DNA of 64,000 nt from Hyphomicrobiales bacterium (GTDB lineage Bacteria; Pseudomonadota; Alphaproteobacteria; Rhizobiales; CAJQND01), in assembly GCA_028285595.1 (NCBI GenBank), contig JANQOW010000016.1, positions 4,956 to 68,955 on the forward strand, given 5' to 3'. A program made the position numbers and the translations under genes. Below the pieces are notes generated by a model. The model saw nothing but the letters and a program-made list of their open reading frames with translations. It was not told the origin of the DNA and ran no database searches. The first letter of the stretch is position 1, and each line of letters starts with the position of its first letter. Positions 46,036 through 57,732 of the stretch are shown one piece after another.

Positions 46036-48018
46036 ATGACAACGGCCGCGGCCCCTAATCAGCTGCCTGAGAGTCTGTTTAACCAAGACCAAGACGGGCA
46101 GGCGTCAGCGCCAGCAAATCCTGACAGTGCACCGGACGGCGCGCCCCAGGGCGCTGTGATGACCGAGGACGCGTTGCCTCAGATGCCTCCCGAGCAGCTT
46201 CAGCAAGCTCTGGCCGCACAGTTCCAGCAAGCTCCCGCAGAACCGGCCGCCGCGCCAGAAGCGCCGGCAGAGCCGGTTGCCGAGGCACCGGCTGAAGTGC
46301 CGGTCCAGGCCCCGGCCGAGCCGGTGGCCCAGATGCCCGCAGAACAACCCGCGCCGGTCGCAACCGAACCTGCTGCGCAGATGCCGGCCGAGCCTGTTGC
46401 TCAGGCGCCGGCCGCTCCAGTGGCTGAGGCTCCCGCCGCTCCGGTGGCCCCAGAGCAAGCAGCTCCCGTGCAGCCGGCCTATGCGCCGCAGGCGTTGGAT
46501 GCAGATTTTCCAGGTGCGCCCGTTGCCCAGCCCGCGCAAGAGCCTGCCCCAGTGGCCGCAGCTCAGCCGGAGGCAACACCGGTCCCTGCCGATGTGAACG
46601 GCCATGCGGTCGCGATGCCCGAAGCCGTGGTGCAGCAAGCCGCGCCGCAGGCGGCAGATTACGCTCAGGCGGCTGCCGAAATGCCCACGGCGGCCCCGGC
46701 AGCACCGGAGGCCCCTGAGACGGTGCTTGCAGCCATGCCGCACCCGGACACCTATCAGCAGATGCCGCCGGCGACCGCGAACGCGCAGCAGGTGGTGGCA
46801 GGGCTCGCTCCTGAAGCGCAGTCGCAGCTTGCGCCTGCCGCGCGCTATGTGCCGAGCGAAGCCGCCGTGCCCGCCCCTGAAGTGGCTGAACCGGCTCCCG
46901 TGGCCGCTCCAGAGCCGCCCGCTGCTGAACAGATGCAGCCCGTAGACGCCGCTTCGTCGATTCCGGACGCCCTGGAAGCACTGTCGCAACCGGGAACCGA
47001 TCCGGCGTTCGAGCCTGCCGCTGCACCGGAGACGCTTGAGCCATCCATGGCGCCGGAAGATGCAAACGCCGCACTCGCTGCACCAAATGTGGCGCTGGCG
47101 ACCGATATGCCGGCCATCACGGAGCTGCCACCCGTCGGCGGCGCGGCTGAGCCGGCTGATGGTGCAGAGAAGCCTTTGGTATTGGGCAGCGATTTGCGCC
47201 AGCTCTCCACCGTGTCCGCGGAGGAGCAAAAGAAGGGCGGTCTCTCCAGCCTGTTTTCCAAGAAACAAGGCGAGGAAGCAGCCGCACCGGCGGCGGCCGC
47301 AGCGGCAATGCCGCAACCTGAAACCGCGCGTGTGTCGGTGCTCGGCGCCGACCCGGAACCTGAGAAGAAGAAGGGTTTCAGCCTTTTTGGCCTGTTCTCT
47401 CGCAAGAAGAAGGACGAGAGCTCAACGGTGGCCAGGGCGGTGGTTGCGGATCAGCCCGCTGCGCCAGAGCTCGCAACGCCTGCCGACCTGCAACAGGTTC
47501 CCGCTCCCGCCCCGGCTCCCGCGCCGGCTGTTGGTGCGGCGGCGCCCATGGCGAATGAAGACAGTGGGCCGGTGCGTGAAGAGATCATGCTGTTTGCCGG
47601 CAAGAATGCTGAGGTTTTTGCAGAAAGCTGGGACGCCTACCGCGATGCCGGCAACAAGCTGCAGATCTCGTGGTCGACGCCGGCTTTCCTCCTGTCGTTC
47701 GTTTGGATGGCCTACCGCAAGCTGCACAAGTTCGCCTTGGTCGGCTTTGCCTTCGTGGCTGGGATGACCTTGTTGAACGGTTTTGCGGCTTTTGCGGCCC
47801 TCTTGATCGTGATGGTGGCCTCAGGCCTCTACGGCAAGTCTCTGTATGCTCAGATGATGGGCAAGAAGATTGTGGAGATCATGCAGGCTGCCGGCGATCC
47901 CAACAACTATGTGAACAATCTTCGCGTCCAGGGCGGCGTGTCGCTGCCGGCGGCCGTGTGTCTCGGCGCGCTGAGCGTGGTTGTTGTGGCCACGCGGGTG
48001 CTGCCGACACTGCTCTAG
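46036..48018 (+). CDS. Pro/Ala-rich repetitive protein with C-terminal DUF2628-like membrane domain
   Basis: 660 aa. About 500 aa of low-complexity APAEPVAQMPAE-type repeats, then WSTPAFLLSFVWMAYRKLHKFALVGFAFVAG and further TM segments. Confidence 0.75.
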   Translation: MTTAAAPNQLPESLFNQDQDGQASAPANPDSAPDGAPQGAVMTEDALPQMPPEQLQQALAAQFQQAPAEPAAAPEAPAEPVAEAPAEVPVQAPAEPVAQMPAEQPAPVATEPAAQMPAEPVAQAPAAPVAEAPAAPVAPEQAAPVQPAYAPQALDADFPGAPVAQPAQEPAPVAAAQPEATPVPADVNGHAVAMPEAVVQQAAPQAADYAQAAAEMPTAAPAAPEAPETVLAAMPHPDTYQQMPPATANAQQVVAGLAPEAQSQLAPAARYVPSEAAVPAPEVAEPAPVAAPEPPAAEQMQPVDAASSIPDALEALSQPGTDPAFEPAAAPETLEPSMAPEDANAALAAPNVALATDMPAITELPPVGGAAEPADGAEKPLVLGSDLRQLSTVSAEEQKKGGLSSLFSKKQGEEAAAPAAAAAAMPQPETARVSVLGADPEPEKKKGFSLFGLFSRKKKDESSTVARAVVADQPAAPELATPADLQQVPAPAPAPAPAVGAAAPMANEDSGPVREEIMLFAGKNAEVFAESWDAYRDAGNKLQISWSTPAFLLSFVWMAYRKLHKFALVGFAFVAGMTLLNGFAAFAALLIVMVASGLYGKSLYAQMMGKKIVEIMQAAGDPNNYVNNLRVQGGVSLPAAVCLGALSVVVVATRVLPTLL

Positions 48019-49397
48019 ACACTCTGACGGGCGGAGCGTTTCATCAGGCTCAGGGCGGCGAGCGTCGCCAGAATGCCGAACAGCACATTGGCGGCGGCCA
48101 TGCCGGCCAGCCCGCCTTTTGCGGCGCCAAGCCAGGTCCCCAAGGTGACAAGCGGCACCAGCCCCAGCACGGATTTCCCCCAGTTGAACACTGTGGAATA
48201 GGTTGGCTTGCCCAGATTGTTGAATGAGGCATTGGCCACATATTGAAAGCCGGCGAACAGCCAGGTGGGTCCAATCCAGGTGCAGAAGAAGGCGATCAGC
48301 ACAGTGGCCTCGGCGCTGGCGTTAAAGGCGGCGGCGATCGGCGCGCGCGCCAAGTACAAGATCACCGACGTGACCAGCACGTAGGCGGCGGCAAAGAGCA
48401 ACGCATTGTTGAAGCTCGATTGCACCCGGTCCGGCCGCCCGGCTCCGAAGTTCTGTCCAATAATCGGCCCAATAGCGCCGGAGAGGGAAAACACAACCCC
48501 AAAAGCCACTGGAACAATGCGCGTGACCACAGCTAAGGCCGATACCGCGCTGTCCCCAAACGGGGCAATGGCATATGTCACATACGCATTGCCCACAGGC
48601 GTGGCCAGTTGGGTCGCCATGGCGGGGGCCGAGATCGCCAGAATGTCAGACAGGTTCTTTTTGAGCAGGGCAAAACTGGGGGGCGTGAGGAAGCGGTGTG
48701 CATGGGCAGCGCCATAGAACCCCACCAGCACCATGACGCAACGCGCTATGGCTGAGGCCGCTGCCGCGCCTTCAACCCCCATGGCCAGACCGAAGATCAA
48801 GATTGGGTCAAGAATGGCGTTCGTCAAAGCGCCGGCCAGAGTGACATACATGGCCCGCTTGGCATCGCCAATGCCGCGCAGAATGCCCGACAGGCAAAGC
48901 CCGATGCACAGGACCGGGAAGGAGGGTATGACAATCCGCAGATAGGCCTCGGCCTTCTCAAGTGCTGCGCCTTCAGCCCCCAGGAGCTTCAGGATGCTGC
49001 TCGTTCCAAGCCAGAGACAGACCGCAACCACAAGCGAAAACAAGAATGAAAACAACAGTGTACTGGCAGCATACTGTTTGGCGCGATCCTGGTGGCCAGC
49101 CCCCAGACTGCGTGAGACAAGCGCGGACGAGGTGATCGCAATGCCAATGCCGATGGACAGGTTGATAAACACCACCGCCCCGGCAAAGCCGATGGCCCCG
49201 GCCACTTCGGCTTCGCCCAGAAGGCTGAGGAAATACATGTCCGCCAAGTCGACAAAGAAGACCGCCATCAGGCCCAGCGCACCTGTCAGGGTCATCACCA
49301 CCACATGGTGCATGGTGGAGCCTTGAACGAATTTTGCTGGCTGGTCTGGGGCAGGCGGCAGGGAGGCTTCGGACGGCGCGTCGTTGGGCGAACTCAT
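48015..49397 (-). CDS. MATE-family efflux transporter
   Basis: 12-TM profile and typical length. Start placed at MSSPNDAP (ATG 49397), 7 nt after the tldD stop. The track ORF extends to 49421. Confidence 0.87.
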   Translation of the reverse strand: MSSPNDAPSEASLPPAPDQPAKFVQGSTMHHVVVMTLTGALGLMAVFFVDLADMYFLSLLGEAEVAGAIGFAGAVVFINLSIGIGIAITSSALVSRSLGAGHQDRAKQYAASTLLFSFLFSLVVAVCLWLGTSSILKLLGAEGAALEKAEAYLRIVIPSFPVLCIGLCLSGILRGIGDAKRAMYVTLAGALTNAILDPILIFGLAMGVEGAAAASAIARCVMVLVGFYGAAHAHRFLTPPSFALLKKNLSDILAISAPAMATQLATPVGNAYVTYAIAPFGDSAVSALAVVTRIVPVAFGVVFSLSGAIGPIIGQNFGAGRPDRVQSSFNNALLFAAAYVLVTSVILYLARAPIAAAFNASAEATVLIAFFCTWIGPTWLFAGFQYVANASFNNLGKPTYSTVFNWGKSVLGLVPLVTLGTWLGAAKGGLAGMAAANVLFGILATLAALSLMKRSARQSV

Positions 49398-49404
49398 GGG
49401 CGGG

Positions 49405-50832
49405 TCAGGCCGCGGTGCCACCGACGGTTACCTGGTCAATGCGCAGAGTTGGCTGGCCCACACCCACGGGCACGCCCTGGCCGTTCTTGCCGCATGTGCC
49501 CATGCCGCTGTCCAGTGCCATGTCGTTGCCGATGAGGGAGACCCTGGTGAGGGCATCCGGCCCGTTGCCGATCAGCGTGGCGCCTTTGAGGGGCGCACCG
49601 ATTTTGCCGTTTTCGACCTTGTAGGCTTCCGTGCAGCTGAAGACGAACTTGCCCGATGTGATGTCCACCGAACCGCCGCCAAAGGACACTGCATAGATGC
49701 CGTCCTTCACGGAGGAAATGATCTCCTCAGGCTCTTTGTCACCGCTCAGCATGTAGGTGTTGGTCATGCGGGGCATGGGCTGATGCGCATAGGATTGGCG
49801 CCGTCCGTTGCCGGTGGGCGCCACATTCATGAGGCGTGCATTGGTGCGGTCCTGCATGTAACCCTTCAAGATGCCGTCTTCGATCAGCGTGGTGTTGGAT
49901 GTGGGCGTGCCCTCGTCATCGACGGTGAGCGAGCCGCGGCGCTCTTCAATCGTGCCGTCATCGACCACCGTCACCCCGGGTGCGGCGACCCGTTCACCCA
50001 GAAGGCCGGCAAAGGCGGAGGTCTTCTTGCGGTTGAAATCGCCTTCCAGACCGTGGCCAACAGCCTCGTGCAGCAGAATACCCGGCCACCCCGGGCCCAG
50101 AACCACATCCATCTCGCCGGCCGGAGCCGGCTCGGAGCGTAGATTCACCTTGGCTTGCCGCAGGGCTTCCTTGACGCTCGTGGTCCAGTTTTCCTCTGAA
50201 AGATAGTTGGAGTAGCCGGCGCGTCCGCCCCGGCTGTGGCTGCCGCTCTCCAGGCGGCTTCCGTCAGCCGCCACGATAGACACGGTGAACCTGATCAACG
50301 GTCTGCGATCAGTGATGGTGGACCCGTCCGGGCGCATGATCTCTACAATTTGCCATTCACCGCCCAGCGATACGGACACCTGGCGGACGGCGTCGTCCAG
50401 GTCGCGGGCATACTTGTCCACGGCCTCCAGAAGGGCAACCTTGCTGTCGAAGGTCAGATCATCCAGCGGCGTTTCGGCCGAATAGAGCAGCCGGTTCGTG
50501 CCGGGCGGGGCGGCGCTCAAGGTGCCGGAGTGGCCGGACTTTACCGCTGACACCGCCTGGGCCGCGCGGTCCAGGGCCGCCAAAGACAATTCAGAGGCAT
50601 GGGCGTAACCGGTGGCCTCTCCGCACACGGCGCGCAGACCAAAGCCCTGCGATGTGTTGCTGGCCGCCGATTTAAGCTTGCCATCGTCGAAGGTCAGGCT
50701 TTCAGAGCGCCTGAACTCCAAGAACAACTCCCCGTCGTCGCAACCGGCCAAGGTCTCGCCGATCACACGCTCAGTGGCGCGTGGGTCAAGGTCGGTGTGG
50801 GAGAAGAAGTAGCTTTGATCAGCCACCGTCAC
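49405..50832 (-). CDS. tldD: Metalloprotease TldD
   Basis: 475 aa. HEAVGHGLEGD zinc motif and C-terminal GxC...GKNGQ region. Confidence 0.93.
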   Translation of the reverse strand: MTVADQSYFFSHTDLDPRATERVIGETLAGCDDGELFLEFRRSESLTFDDGKLKSAASNTSQGFGLRAVCGEATGYAHASELSLAALDRAAQAVSAVKSGHSGTLSAAPPGTNRLLYSAETPLDDLTFDSKVALLEAVDKYARDLDDAVRQVSVSLGGEWQIVEIMRPDGSTITDRRPLIRFTVSIVAADGSRLESGSHSRGGRAGYSNYLSEENWTTSVKEALRQAKVNLRSEPAPAGEMDVVLGPGWPGILLHEAVGHGLEGDFNRKKTSAFAGLLGERVAAPGVTVVDDGTIEERRGSLTVDDEGTPTSNTTLIEDGILKGYMQDRTNARLMNVAPTGNGRRQSYAHQPMPRMTNTYMLSGDKEPEEIISSVKDGIYAVSFGGGSVDITSGKFVFSCTEAYKVENGKIGAPLKGATLIGNGPDALTRVSLIGNDMALDSGMGTCGKNGQGVPVGVGQPTLRIDQVTVGGTAA

Positions 50833-50833
50833 C

Positions 50834-51505
50834 TCATAGTTTCTTAAGGTCGTTATAGGCCGCGGTGAAGCCCTGCAGCGAGATGGGCAATGTCAGACCC
50901 ACGCCCGGGGCTTCGTAAATGATGAAGTTGGCATTGGCGCCTTTGCGCATTTTGCCCAAGGTTTCGTCCGTGGTCTCCGCAAACGCCGTACAGATCTGCG
51001 GCAAGCAGCGGATGAACGGAACCCGGCCCACGGGCGAGCCGTCGATCTCCAACGCGATGCCGAGCGGCAGATAAACGCCGATGGGCACCAGAATACGCAT
51101 CATGGTGACCGTTTTGTCCTTCTGTTTGGACGTGCCCATCACCAGGGTCAGTGCAATGTTTTTGCGCTCAGAGCTGGCCGTGCTCTGCAGCATGCCGCAT
51201 TGGCGCACGGTTTTCGGCTGGCCTCCGGCAGCGGCGGTCTTATCGCCTTTGCCGCCGGACCCGGCCGCTGCCGCACCGGCTTGTCCGCCCTGGGGCGGTC
51301 CCACGGGGATATCTGTGCACTGGACCTGCCATTTTCCGTGGGTTGCAATAACTTGAGCGGGCGGGGTCTTAGGGCCGCCTGCGCCGGGCTGGGCATTGAC
51401 GCGCGGGCCGGGAAGTTTGTTTGTCTGGGCGAGCGCCGCCTGCTGGAACGCCACCAGCACCACGCTCAAAAATAACCCTTTAATCAGTGAACTCTTCAGT
51501 GTCAT
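50834..51505 (-). CDS. Invasion-associated locus B (IalB)-family periplasmic protein
   Basis: Signal peptide present. W-x-V-x-C and C-x-P-x-x-C pattern (GKWQVQC..., FIRCLPQICTA). Position next to tldD and cox genes as in Rhizobiales. Confidence 0.78.
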   Translation of the reverse strand: MTLKSSLIKGLFLSVVLVAFQQAALAQTNKLPGPRVNAQPGAGGPKTPPAQVIATHGKWQVQCTDIPVGPPQGGQAGAAAAGSGGKGDKTAAAGGQPKTVRQCGMLQSTASSERKNIALTLVMGTSKQKDKTVTMMRILVPIGVYLPLGIALEIDGSPVGRVPFIRCLPQICTAFAETTDETLGKMRKGANANFIIYEAPGVGLTLPISLQGFTAAYNDLKKL

Positions 51506-51964
51506 TGCAAATCCTCAGCGCCGTGCGACGACAGTATTCTACCCCAACAGACGCGTTCTAGCTCCTGCGGCGGCCGATTGCCAGCCCCCGGGTTCGGGCA
51601 TCGGTCACATTGGAGTGGAAATTCCCTTGCTTTGCGGCTTGTGTCAATCTGTCGCTAAATCTGCGACGTCCCGGGTCCGATGTTTTGCGATGCTCCCTAG
51701 TCATCGGGCCGGTCCGCCGAATGTCGCGTTAAATCCCTGCCAAATAAGGCGAAAATGAGAGCCGGGCCTGGAAAGCTCAAGAGCATTTGAACGGATCGGC
51801 TCCTGGCGTGCCATCTTTTTGATATGGCGTGCGATTTTGACGCGGAGCCGATGCGTTGCAGCCTGCCCTGGTTTGTGATTGTTCAATGACTTAGACAAGG
51901 TGGATGTGGGAAGAGGCCGGGTGACCGTGCCGTGGTCGTATAGACAGCCACCTTTTGGTGATGG

Positions 51965-52879
51965 ATGAAGAGGGAGCTTGCGGGCATGCGGTTACTGACT
52001 GGTGTTGCTGCGCTTATGGGCATTGTGGTTTTGGCGGGGTCTGCCGCCGCAGCGGGGATCGGTCAGCCCGACCCGTGGCAGATGGGCCTGCAACAGGCCG
52101 TGACGCCGATCATGGAAAAGATCGAAAGCTTCCACACGGGGTTGCTCTGGCTCATCACGATTATCAGTGTTTTCGTGCTGATTTTGCTGGCTTATGTGGC
52201 GCTGAAGTTTAACGCGAAGGCCAATCCTGTACCGTCCAAGACCACCCACAACACCTTCATTGAAGTGGTGTGGACCGTGGTTCCGGTGCTGATCCTGCTC
52301 GCGGTCGCCATCCCGTCCTTCCGCCTGCTCTACTTCCAGCGGGACATTCCCGAGGCCGACATGACCATCAAGGCCACCGGCCACCAATGGTACTGGTCTT
52401 ATGAATATCCCGACCACAATGATGTGTCCTTTGATTCGCTGATGCTGGAAGATGAGGACCTTGCAGAGCGCAGGAAGATCGATCCCGGCGCACCGCGGCT
52501 TCTGGCTGTGGATAACGAGGTGGTGGTTCCGGCCGGCAAGACGGTTCGGGTGATCGTGACCGCAGCGGATGTGATCCACAACTTTGCGATGCCCTCTTTC
52601 GGCACCAAAATGGACGGAATTCCAGGCCGCCTCAACGAGACCTGGTTCAAAGTAGACAGAGAGGGTGTCTACTATGGCCAGTGCTCCGAGCTGTGCGGCA
52701 TCAAGCACGCATACATGCCCATTGCCGTGCGTGTCGTCTCCCAGGAAAAGTTTGACGCCTGGGTGAAAGCAGCCGAGGACGATGTGGAGAAGGCCCAGAT
52801 GGACCTTTTGGCCGCGGTGGCTGACGACAAGAAGAAGCTCGCCACCTCAGGCAAGTTCAAGCTGGTCTCCAAGCAGTGA
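51965..52879 (+). CDS. ctaC: Cytochrome c oxidase subunit II
   Basis: CuA site HNFAMP...CSELCGIKHAYM. Two N-terminal TM helices. The start could be the internal M at 51986. Confidence 0.93.
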   Translation: MKRELAGMRLLTGVAALMGIVVLAGSAAAAGIGQPDPWQMGLQQAVTPIMEKIESFHTGLLWLITIISVFVLILLAYVALKFNAKANPVPSKTTHNTFIEVVWTVVPVLILLAVAIPSFRLLYFQRDIPEADMTIKATGHQWYWSYEYPDHNDVSFDSLMLEDEDLAERRKIDPGAPRLLAVDNEVVVPAGKTVRVIVTAADVIHNFAMPSFGTKMDGIPGRLNETWFKVDREGVYYGQCSELCGIKHAYMPIAVRVVSQEKFDAWVKAAEDDVEKAQMDLLAAVADDKKKLATSGKFKLVSKQ

Positions 52880-52923
52880 CCATCAAAGTTTCAAACAAGA
52901 CAAATAGTTAAATAGAGGGATGA

Positions 52924-54570
<1,647 letters not shown>

Positions 54571-54602
54571 CACGCCATTGGGCTGCAAGCGGATAACCCG
54601 AG

Positions 54603-55580
54603 ATGAGTGACGTCACCGTCGATATTGCCTCTGAGGCACAGCAAGGCTGGCAAACGCCAGCCGACGCTGCGCATCTGGGCGGCCGAGGTTCGGTGGACGA
54701 TTACTGGAAGCTCATGAAGCCGCGGGTGATGTCCTTGGCGATCTTCACCGCAGCCGTCGGGTTGATGGTGGCTCCAGGGTCCATTCACCCGGTGCTCGGG
54801 GTGGTGGCCATCTTGTGCATCGCGGTTGGGGCCGGCGCAGCCGGTGCCCTGAACATGTGGTACGACGCCGACATCGACGCCGTCATGCAGCGCACGGCCA
54901 AGCGGCCGATCCCGCGCGGCAACCTCATCGCAGGCGAAGCGTTGGGGTTTGGCAGCATGTTGGCCTTTGGTTCGGTGATTGTGATGGGTCTTGCGGTCGG
55001 CTGGGGCGCAGCCGCGCTGCTCGCGGGGTCCATCGCGTTCTACCTTTTCATCTACACCATGTGGCTTAAGCGCTCCACGCCGCAGAATATCGTGATTGGC
55101 GGTGCGGCCGGTGCGTTCCCTCCCGTGATCGGATGGGTGGCGGTTACAGGGTCGGTGGACTGGGCGAGCATTGCCCTCTTTGCCATAATCTTTTTGTGGA
55201 CCCCGCCGCATTTTTGGTCGCTGGCGCTGTACAAAACCGGTGACTATGAGCGGGTGCGCATTCCCATGTTGCCCGTTGTGGCGGGCGCCGACGAAACCCG
55301 GCGGCAGATCTGGTTCTATTCACTGGCGCTGGTTCCCGTGACCCTTTTGCCGTGGATGTTGGGCGCTGCCGGAATTGTCTATGCGGTCAGCGCGGTTGCC
55401 TTGGGTGCGGTGTTCCTGGGCGGTGCCTGGACTGTTTACACGCAGCGTGAAGGCGCTGCCGCCGAGCGGGCGAGCCGCAAGCTGTTCAAGTATTCCATCT
55501 GGTATTTGTTTTTGCTGTTTGCCGTGCTCCTGGTGGAGCAGGGGATTTGGCCCGTGGTTGCCCGGGGGCTGGGACTTTAA
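54603..55580 (+). CDS. ctaB: Protoheme IX farnesyltransferase (heme O synthase)
   Basis: UbiA-family motifs ([21 protein letters not shown]). Position after ctaD. Confidence 0.93.
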   Translation: MSDVTVDIASEAQQGWQTPADAAHLGGRGSVDDYWKLMKPRVMSLAIFTAAVGLMVAPGSIHPVLGVVAILCIAVGAGAAGALNMWYDADIDAVMQRTAKRPIPRGNLIAGEALGFGSMLAFGSVIVMGLAVGWGAAALLAGSIAFYLFIYTMWLKRSTPQNIVIGGAAGAFPPVIGWVAVTGSVDWASIALFAIIFLWTPPHFWSLALYKTGDYERVRIPMLPVVAGADETRRQIWFYSLALVPVTLLPWMLGAAGIVYAVSAVALGAVFLGGAWTVYTQREGAAAERASRKLFKYSIWYLFLLFAVLLVEQGIWPVVARGLGL

Positions 55581-55610
55581 ATGGCAGCCGGCATATCTGA
55601 GAGCACTGTG

Positions 55611-55745
55611 ATGAACGAAGAGGATCTGGCCCGCCGACGCAAACGCAATATTGCGCTCGCCCTCGTTTTGGGCGCTCTCGTGGTGCTGTTTTACGTTATC
55701 ACCGTTGTCCATATGGGACCCGGTGTCATGAACCGTCCGCTCTAG
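55611..55745 (+). CDS. 44-aa single-TM protein in the cta cluster (CoxF-like small assembly protein)
   Basis: Not in the ORF track because it is under 60 aa. I translated it as MNEEDLARRRKRNIALALVLGALVVLFYVITVVHMGPGVMNRPL. It fills the ctaB-ctaG gap where small membrane ORFs occur in related clusters. Confidence 0.5.
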   Translation: MNEEDLARRRKRNIALALVLGALVVLFYVITVVHMGPGVMNRPL

Positions 55746-55763
55746 AGGTGTGAACGACAAACC

Positions 55764-56366
55764 ATGACGCACGAACCGATCAAAAAACCCTCCCCGCGCA
55801 GCAATGGTGTCCTGGCCGGCGCGTGCGTGGCCGTGGTGGCGGGGATGATCGGGCTGTCCTATGCCGCGGTTCCGCTCTATCAGCTCTTCTGTCAGGTGAC
55901 CGGCTTTGGCGGCACCACCCAGAGGGCCGAGGCGCCCGATGGCACGATTGGCGAGCGTCAGTTCACCATACGCTTCGATTCAAACGTCAATCCGGCGCTC
56001 GCGTGGCGGTTCAAACCGACCCAAAAGGCGGTTGAGGTCAAAAGCGGCCAGCAGGCTCTAGCGTTTTATGAAGCCGAGAACATCTCAGACGGCGTGACCA
56101 TGGGCACAGCCACGTTCAATGTCACGCCTCAAGAAGCCGGGGCCTATTTCAACAAAGTGGAGTGCTTCTGCTTCACAGAACAAGCGCTGAAACCCGGCGA
56201 ATCTGTTTCAATGCCCGTCTCCTTCTTCGTGGATCCGGACATCGAAAAAGACGAGAACATGAAATCCATTCGCACGATCACCCTGTCCTACACCTTCTTT
56301 CCGATCAAATCGGAGAAGACCGCGGACGCAGGCGATGGCGAAAGCAAAACCAAATCCGTCAACTGA
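55764..56366 (+). CDS. ctaG: Cytochrome c oxidase assembly protein CtaG/Cox11
   Basis: N-terminal TM and the copper-binding CFCF motif (KVECFCFTEQ). Confidence 0.92.
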   Translation: MTHEPIKKPSPRSNGVLAGACVAVVAGMIGLSYAAVPLYQLFCQVTGFGGTTQRAEAPDGTIGERQFTIRFDSNVNPALAWRFKPTQKAVEVKSGQQALAFYEAENISDGVTMGTATFNVTPQEAGAYFNKVECFCFTEQALKPGESVSMPVSFFVDPDIEKDENMKSIRTITLSYTFFPIKSEKTADAGDGESKTKSVN

Positions 56367-56429
56367 CGGAAAGAGAGGATGAAGAGCCGGCTGGTGGGGC
56401 CGGATCTTTTAAAAGCGGAGTGAAACACC

Positions 56430-57305
56430 ATGGCTGACAGTCACGCCCCGAACCATCAATATCATCTGGTAGACCCCAGCCCATGGCCGATTGTCGGGTC
56501 CCTTGGTGCATTCATCATGGCCATCGGCGGCATCGGGTTCATGCGCTACCTGAAGGACGAAGACCTCTCCGTTCTCGGCATTCCGATCAGCGGCTGGTGG
56601 ATCTTCGCCATCGGCACCCTGGTGGTGCTCTACACCTTCTACATGTGGTGGCGTGACGTGACCAATGAAGCTGAGCATGGCGGCCACCATACGCCGATTG
56701 TTCAGTTGCACATGCGCTACGGCATGATCTTGTTCATCGCCTCTGAGGTCATGTTCTTTGTGGCTTGGTTCTGGGCGTTCTTCGATGCCAGCCTGTACGC
56801 CGATGAGGCCATTCAGGCGGCCCGTGTGGAGCACACCGGCGGCGAGTGGCCGCCTCAAGGCATCAAAGTGTTCGACCCCTGGCACCTGCCGCTGCTCAAC
56901 ACGGTGATCCTGCTCACGTCGGGCACGACCGTAACCTGGGCGCACCATGCGCTGTTGCACAATGACCGTCAGGGCCTGAAATGGGGCTTGATCTGCACGA
57001 TCGCTCTGGGTGCCCTGTTCACCGCGGTGCAGGCTTACGAATACGGCCATGCGTCCTTCGCATTCGCAGGCAGCATCTATGGCTCCACCTTCTACATGGC
57101 CACCGGGTTCCATGGCTTCCACGTTCTGGTGGGCACGCTGTTCCTGATTGTGTGTCTGTTCCGGGCTCTGGCCGGTCACTTCACGCCGAAGCAACATTTC
57201 GGCTTCGAGGCCGCCGCCTGGTATTGGCACTTTGTTGACGTGGTGTGGCTGTTCCTCTTTGCAGCGATCTACGTCTGGGCCTCTGTGGGGGCCGTCTACC
57301 AATAA
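56430..57305 (+). CDS. ctaE: Cytochrome c oxidase subunit III
   Basis: 291 aa. [13 protein letters not shown]-terminus, 7-[18 protein letters not shown]. Confidence 0.95.
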   Translation: MADSHAPNHQYHLVDPSPWPIVGSLGAFIMAIGGIGFMRYLKDEDLSVLGIPISGWWIFAIGTLVVLYTFYMWWRDVTNEAEHGGHHTPIVQLHMRYGMILFIASEVMFFVAWFWAFFDASLYADEAIQAARVEHTGGEWPPQGIKVFDPWHLPLLNTVILLTSGTTVTWAHHALLHNDRQGLKWGLICTIALGALFTAVQAYEYGHASFAFAGSIYGSTFYMATGFHGFHVLVGTLFLIVCLFRALAGHFTPKQHFGFEAAAWYWHFVDVVWLFLFAAIYVWASVGAVYQ

Positions 57306-57313
57306 CCGATCAG

Positions 57314-57344
57314 CCGGCCGCCCACGAGGCGGCCGGTTTGTTTT
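57314..57344 (+). terminator. Rho-independent terminator after ctaE
   Basis: CCGGCCGCC-CACGA-GGCGGCCGG followed by TTTGTTTT. Confidence 0.7.
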
Positions 57345-57355
57345 AGGACCCGAGG

Positions 57356-57730
57356 ATGGACCAGAAAGTCTATTACCCTCCGCTTTCCCCGGCATCGACC
57401 GGCATGCGGGGCAGGTGTCCGCGCTGTGGTCAGGGCAAACTGTTCACCGGCTTCCTGACCCCGGCCAAATCCTGCGGCGTGTGCGGATTGGAGTTTGAGT
57501 TTGCCGATGCGGGCGATGGCCCTGCCTGGTTTATCATGACCGGCATCGGCTTCGTTGTCGCTGCGGCCGCGTTGATCGTGGAAGTGTCCTATCAACCCCC
57601 ATATTGGGTGCATGCAGCCCTATGGGTGCCGCTCACTCTGGCGCTGGGTCTGTTGCCGCTGCGGCCCTTGAAGGGTTTGATGATCGCCCGGCAATATCAG
57701 ACCGACGCCCGGGAAGGCCGCATCTCCTGA
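57356..57730 (+). CDS. DUF983-domain membrane protein
   Basis: Zinc-ribbon-like CPRCGQGKLF...CGVCGL followed by two TM segments. Conserved position between ctaE and surf1. Confidence 0.8.
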   Translation: MDQKVYYPPLSPASTGMRGRCPRCGQGKLFTGFLTPAKSCGVCGLEFEFADAGDGPAWFIMTGIGFVVAAAALIVEVSYQPPYWVHAALWVPLTLALGLLPLRPLKGLMIARQYQTDAREGRIS

Positions 57731-57732
57731 CG

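Noticed and set aside
51701-51898. 65-aa minus-strand ORF in the ialB-ctaC intergenic region
   Set aside because: No RBS and no recognisable family. It lies in a promoter-like lower-GC spacer. It is kept in mind only as an untested small ORF.
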